Of a stretch of 20,000 bases of DNA, positions 16,216 through 20,000 are shown piece after piece. The number at the start of each line of letters is the position of its first letter. Within the stretch, counting starts at the first letter, position 1. Both the position numbers and the translations under genes were made by a program. The notes beneath the pieces are model-generated. The model made no database searches. It worked only from the letters and a program-made list of their open reading frames with translations, and was not told the origin of the DNA. Source of the DNA: an uncultured virus (IMG/VR IMGVR_UViG_3300000115_000010) (taxonomy: Duplodnaviria > Heunggongvirae > Uroviricota > Caudoviricetes). The DNA lies in the IMG/VR virus record IMGVR_UViG_3300000115_000010, positions 58,041 through 78,040 of that record, one strand, 5' to 3'.

Positions 16216-16843
16216 ACATGCTGACCCTATTAACTTTAAAATATGTAAGTCAATGCCAGTTGAATGGCACAACAAACTAAATGAAATATATGACAGATGT
16301 GCTACACATATACTAGAATTTGCGTTCCATGCTAACCATGGAGACTTTGTTTGTGATCAAATATGGTGTGAAACACAACAAGATCAACAGTGGATTATTG
16401 ACACTATACTTCCATACTATGGCATAGACTATGAAAATGTTGCTGAACTAGACTACAGTAATGCAGTAAGCAGTGACAGAAGCGGAAGTTTTACTGAAGG
16501 TTTTGCACCTCCTTATCCAAAAAACAGTATCAATTTTACACGTTTTGTAGCAGGTAAAGCTGCTATTATGCAACATAATGCTGGCGTGGATCATGTATTA
16601 TGCAAACTTAATGTACCAGTTAAGAACATTGAAGCAGGTACATGTCGTTGGATTGAAACTCAAGAAGGTTGGAACTACAAAGATAACACTGCACTATTAC
16701 TAAACGTGCAAGCGGATCACACTGTGGACGGTTTAGAAGACCTAAAAGAAGATCGGGCATTCCTTAGTATTGCGCTTAAAACAACTTTTGCAGAAAGTAT
16801 AGCAGATGATAAAGTCTTACGATCTATACACAAACAAAAATAA
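16205..16843 (+). CDS. AspH-like 2OG-Fe(II) enzyme with HxA in place of HxD (candidate halogenase)
   Basis: RFVAGKAAIMQHNA aligns with the HVD/HRD of neighbouring paralogs; KLNVPV, LLNVQADHTV and DRAFLSI are retained. Confidence 0.62.
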   Translation: MYHEHADPINFKICKSMPVEWHNKLNEIYDRCATHILEFAFHANHGDFVCDQIWCETQQDQQWIIDTILPYYGIDYENVAELDYSNAVSSDRSGSFTEGFAPPYPKNSINFTRFVAGKAAIMQHNAGVDHVLCKLNVPVKNIEAGTCRWIETQEGWNYKDNTALLLNVQADHTVDGLEDLKEDRAFLSIALKTTFAESIADDKVLRSIHKQK

Positions 16844-17309
16844 ATTGTGGGACATATATCGTAGGTGTACTCGCAGTGAAGATTACTATAATTTAAACGT
16901 AGCAAGTACCACAAATGTTTTTATTGACAATCCTGAGGATTGTGAGTATATAGAACAAAATATTGTTGAGCCATTAGGTATTGATGTACAGTGGTTAAAC
17001 AATCAATATGACGACAGTGTAGGATATAACTTTAATGTTGTCAAGCCCACAGGCTTTGTAAAGCCTCACAGAGACGTAAACAGTACTAAAGTAAATATTT
17101 TATTAAACCAAAAAACACTTGCACCATTTTTGTTTGTGGAAACACAACAAAGATACTATTACGAACACCCAGTATTACTGGATGTGAGTCAACTACACAC
17201 TGTTGATAATTGTGCTAGCATAACTAAAGATAGAGTAACACTGCAATTATTTTTAACAAAACCATATGATGAATGTGAAAGGATGATAAATGAAAATAGA
17301 AGATATTAA
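16806..17309 (+). CDS. AspH-like 2OG-Fe(II) oxygenase
   Basis: VVKPTGFVKPHRD, KVNILL, LLDVSQLHTV and DRVTLQL motifs. Confidence 0.78.
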   Translation: MIKSYDLYTNKNKLWDIYRRCTRSEDYYNLNVASTTNVFIDNPEDCEYIEQNIVEPLGIDVQWLNNQYDDSVGYNFNVVKPTGFVKPHRDVNSTKVNILLNQKTLAPFLFVETQQRYYYEHPVLLDVSQLHTVDNCASITKDRVTLQLFLTKPYDECERMINENRRY

Positions 17310-18267
17310 AAGTAGTAGCGGATATACCGTAGCTGCAAGAGTACTAACACCATATAAAGATATGAAGGAACAAGACTTTATTGATCTTGTACGTGAGTAT
17401 GGTACTGTGGTATGGAAAAAAGACACAGCTACAGTAGACGAATACATTGATTTTCAGATGCGAGTAGGTTATCATCAAGCAGCAGAAATCTGGTGTAATG
17501 ACGACAAGTATCCACAAATTTATCGTGTTACCAATCTTAAAGTAAAAGACGAACACGAATCAGAAGGTTTGTTTGGACACGGAGAACTAGACTGGCACTG
17601 TAATATATTGTTTACACCTGATAGCGAGGAAATGGTGGGCTTACGGGCAGTTGAAATACCCAAAGGAAGTCAAACAATTATGGCCAACAGTATTCCTTTT
17701 TGGAATAATCTAAGTGAAGAAAAGCGTGAATTATATGACACACTGCATTTGAGTATCACAAATAAAATGGAAGACACGTATGAAAATCGTCTAGCACACT
17801 ATGTACTACCTACTGCAGAGCTCAAAGACTTTGACAAAAAACGTGCAAGCAGAGCTATACAAAGAAGTTTAAACTATGATCAACCTGAAGACAAATTTGC
17901 TGAGCCACGTTTTGAAAAAACGAACACTCTTAAAATGATCAGTAGACATCCACTGGGTACCAAAGGTGTATACTTTCCACATTTAAATCTAAGTTATATA
18001 TGTGACAAAGATGGAAACAAACTGGAAAACCATCGTGAAATTTATGAAGAAATTAAAGCAGAATATATTGATAGTGATCAATATCATTATGCACATGAAT
18101 GGGAAGTTGGAGACATTTGTTTTATGGAACAGCTAACAGGCGTTCATAGACGTAATAATGTATGGTTAGAAAAAGGATTAGATCCAGAAACTGCCAAACG
18201 TGAATTACAACGTACTAGCTTCTGGTACAAAACACCTTATAGACTGCACACAGAACGATGCATCTAA
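17290..18267 (+). CDS. TauD/TfdA-family 2OG-dependent dioxygenase-like protein (HxN variant)
   Basis: LVREYGTVVW, LDWHCN, HPLG, HEWEVGDICF...HRR and RELQRT follow the TauD family layout. Confidence 0.78.
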   Translation: MKIEDIKSSSGYTVAARVLTPYKDMKEQDFIDLVREYGTVVWKKDTATVDEYIDFQMRVGYHQAAEIWCNDDKYPQIYRVTNLKVKDEHESEGLFGHGELDWHCNILFTPDSEEMVGLRAVEIPKGSQTIMANSIPFWNNLSEEKRELYDTLHLSITNKMEDTYENRLAHYVLPTAELKDFDKKRASRAIQRSLNYDQPEDKFAEPRFEKTNTLKMISRHPLGTKGVYFPHLNLSYICDKDGNKLENHREIYEEIKAEYIDSDQYHYAHEWEVGDICFMEQLTGVHRRNNVWLEKGLDPETAKRELQRTSFWYKTPYRLHTERCI

Positions 18268-19301
18268 GTAGCACTTTTTGTAGTAAGGCATGGAGTGATG
18301 TAAACATAGACTTTGCTCGACGAAGTGTTAGACATTGTTGTAAAAGTGTGAATGAATATATGCCCGAGCAACTTGATACTGAATTTTTCAATGCAAGTCC
18401 TGGTATATTAGAACGCCGTGAAGCATTGCAAGCAGGCATAGAACATACAAATTGCAAACACTGCTGGAGCAGTTATAGAAAGTCAGGCGGAGCCTACAGA
18501 GATGTTTACAACACAGGCAAGATTGAACCTATAAAATTTGTAGAAGTGAAACTAGACAACTTGTGTGATATGACATGTCAGTATTGTGATGCTCGTAGTA
18601 GTCATAAAATTGCACAAAAACTAGGAATTAAACAATCAGTACTACAAGCTGATGACCAAGATTACGCTGTGTTTTTAGATTGGTTGCAAACACTTAAAGA
18701 TCCTTATACACTAAGTTTTCTTGGCGGTGAAGTTACATACAGCAAAAACTTTGTAAAGTTTGCAGAACTTATGTTGCAAAAATTATATAAGCAAGACTTA
18801 TTCATTTCTATTATGACAAATGCAAATACCCTACCAAAACAACAACAGAAATTTTTTGAGCTATTAGATCGATTTCCTAACAACTGGCGTGTTATTGTTG
18901 TAATTAGTAATGAAAGCACTGGCAACGTTAGTGAAACTGTTAGAGAAGGATTAAGTTGGCCAAGATTTGAAACTAATGTACGTAATTACTTTGCAAGAAC
19001 ACAACTAGAGTTTATAGGACTATGTCCAACACTTAGCACACTTACTGTGGATCATTTCTCAGACTACATGTACTGGGTGGGTGAACTTGCACGTGAATAC
19101 AATATACAACTTTATATCACAGGCAACAGTGTAGATCACAGTGGTCCATTAAGTTTACAATACTGCGACAACACAAAACAATCTTTGGTAAACGACTGGC
19201 ACAAACTGTTCAATCAGTATGCGGATGTCATTATGAATTTAGATGACTGTTTAATTTGGTTGGAAAAAGTACGAAAAGAAATTACAAGCAATGCTGTTTG
19301 A
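18258..19301 (+). CDS. Radical SAM protein with N-terminal Cys-rich twitch/SPASM-like domain
   Basis: CDMTCQYC (CxxxCxxC), FLGGE and TNA; N-terminal FCSKAW...HCC...CKHCW. Confidence 0.88.
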   Translation: MHLSSTFCSKAWSDVNIDFARRSVRHCCKSVNEYMPEQLDTEFFNASPGILERREALQAGIEHTNCKHCWSSYRKSGGAYRDVYNTGKIEPIKFVEVKLDNLCDMTCQYCDARSSHKIAQKLGIKQSVLQADDQDYAVFLDWLQTLKDPYTLSFLGGEVTYSKNFVKFAELMLQKLYKQDLFISIMTNANTLPKQQQKFFELLDRFPNNWRVIVVISNESTGNVSETVREGLSWPRFETNVRNYFARTQLEFIGLCPTLSTLTVDHFSDYMYWVGELAREYNIQLYITGNSVDHSGPLSLQYCDNTKQSLVNDWHKLFNQYADVIMNLDDCLIWLEKVRKEITSNAV

Positions 19302-19962
19302 GTAGATCAAATGCATCACTATGTACAGATAAAAAGAATTGATATGTACTTGAATCGCCTTGACTGCGAGCTGTGTGTATTAAGCTAGTGTCTACAATAT
19401 ATATCCTGCCTGGTTCAATATCTCCCTGCCAATCTACCATGTCAGGTTCCATACTACTAACTGTTCCTGGTGTAGGAGCTCTGCGAAATTCTCTATCAAA
19501 TTGAAACTTTACATTATCTGGATCTGTAGTTCCCCATAGTCTCAGTATTGGGCTAGGAAACCATGTATCGCTATGTGGATAAAAGAATGATTCACTATCC
19601 CATCTCAGTATACAACTACGACACCAATAATCATCAAAACATTTAAGAGGATCGAATACACTGTGTTCAAACACTGGAGTTTTTTGTGTAAAGTCTCTGT
19701 CAAACACCCAGTCTTCTTCTGCTAATGGTTCTAGCCATTCATCTAATGGATAACACACAGGCTCTGGATTGTTGTACATACTGCCGTTTTGATTTACCAA
19801 TGGTAATCCGTATCTAGGAAAGTGTTTTTTCTTTTCACCCCAACTGCGAAATGCATATTGGTGCTGTTGCATAAGACTTTCAAACTTATCGGGATCGATT
19901 ACTATGTCTGTCGCTACAACAGGAGAAGTGTGCAATTGTAGATATTTGTCTAGTTCTATCAT
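19282..19962 (-). CDS. AspH-like 2OG-Fe(II) oxygenase
   Basis: RSCILRWDSESFFYPHSD and PGRIYIVDTSLIHTA; ATG 19962 has an ATGA overlap with the upstream stop. Confidence 0.75.
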   Translation of the reverse strand: MIELDKYLQLHTSPVVATDIVIDPDKFESLMQQHQYAFRSWGEKKKHFPRYGLPLVNQNGSMYNNPEPVCYPLDEWLEPLAEEDWVFDRDFTQKTPVFEHSVFDPLKCFDDYWCRSCILRWDSESFFYPHSDTWFPSPILRLWGTTDPDNVKFQFDREFRRAPTPGTVSSMEPDMVDWQGDIEPGRIYIVDTSLIHTARSQGDSSTYQFFLSVHSDAFDLLKQHCL

Positions 19963-20000
19963 AGCAGACAAGCAACCATGTGTATGCGATCTTCGTTACT
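19959..20000 (-). CDS. C-terminal tail of a further probable AspH-like oxygenase (runs off the window)
   Basis: Minus-strand frame reads SNEDRIHMVACLL-stop. The xRIHxV ending is typical of AspH-like C-termini, and the stop overlaps the next ATG. Confidence 0.5.
   Translation of the reverse strand, partial: SNEDRIHMVACLL

Noticed and set aside
1252..18925. Many alternative-frame and minus-strand ORFs (e.g. 1252-1488, 3926-4237, 4209-4673, 9144-9569, 10631-11047, 18704-18925)
   Set aside because: They lie within well-supported plus-strand genes and lack motifs or RBSs, so they are treated as shadow ORFs.
11381..19301. Thymidine hypermodification pathway (thyX next to PLP, GNAT-like and radical SAM genes)
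   Set aside because: ThyX motifs are canonical, and no dUMP hydroxymethylase, 5-hmdU kinase or amino-acid:DNA transferase is visible. Desaturases and SET point to other substrates. Not excluded if those genes lie elsewhere.
1..20000. Stop-codon reassignment as seen in some large phages
   Set aside because: Recognisable genes are full length in the standard code, and TAA, TGA and TAG (5979, 7561, 10118) all end genes at sensible positions.
1..20000. CRISPR array, transposase, integrase, intron or intein
   Set aside because: No regularly spaced direct repeats or mobile-element motifs were seen, and rnh, the ATPase and thyX are uninterrupted and of normal length.
12057..20000. RiPP precursor peptide or acyl carrier protein for the tailoring array
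   Set aside because: The genes overlap, leaving no free short ORF, and no phosphopantetheine DSL-type motif was recognised.

Overview
AT-rich, gene-dense window that reads as part of a large tailed dsDNA phage genome (T4-like or jumbo type; inferred from gene content and promoters). It uses the standard genetic code. Left to right: (1) the C-terminus of an AsnA/class IIb aaRS-like catalytic-domain protein, followed 7 nt later by a very atypical tRNA-Asn(GUU) that has a class II long variable arm, a Leu-like core and U37; (2) a SAM methyltransferase and a T4 RNase H-like exonuclease; (3) a run of small early genes behind six near-consensus sigma70 promoters, including a PTH2-like peptidyl-tRNA hydrolase; (4) a MoxR-type AAA+ ATPase and VWA/HExxH partner split by a 2OG-Fe(II) oxygenase; (5) thyX; (6) an ~8 kb array of overlapping tailoring enzymes: two membrane desaturases, a compact PLP enzyme, several AspH-like 2OG-Fe(II) oxygenases (one with a halogenase-like HxA motif), a GNAT-like protein, a SET methyltransferase, a TauD-like enzyme with HxN, and a radical SAM enzyme. 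The best candidates for a new system are the synthetase-like gene plus class II tRNA-Asn pair and the tailoring-enzyme array. All calls come from motifs read by eye; no database searches were run.
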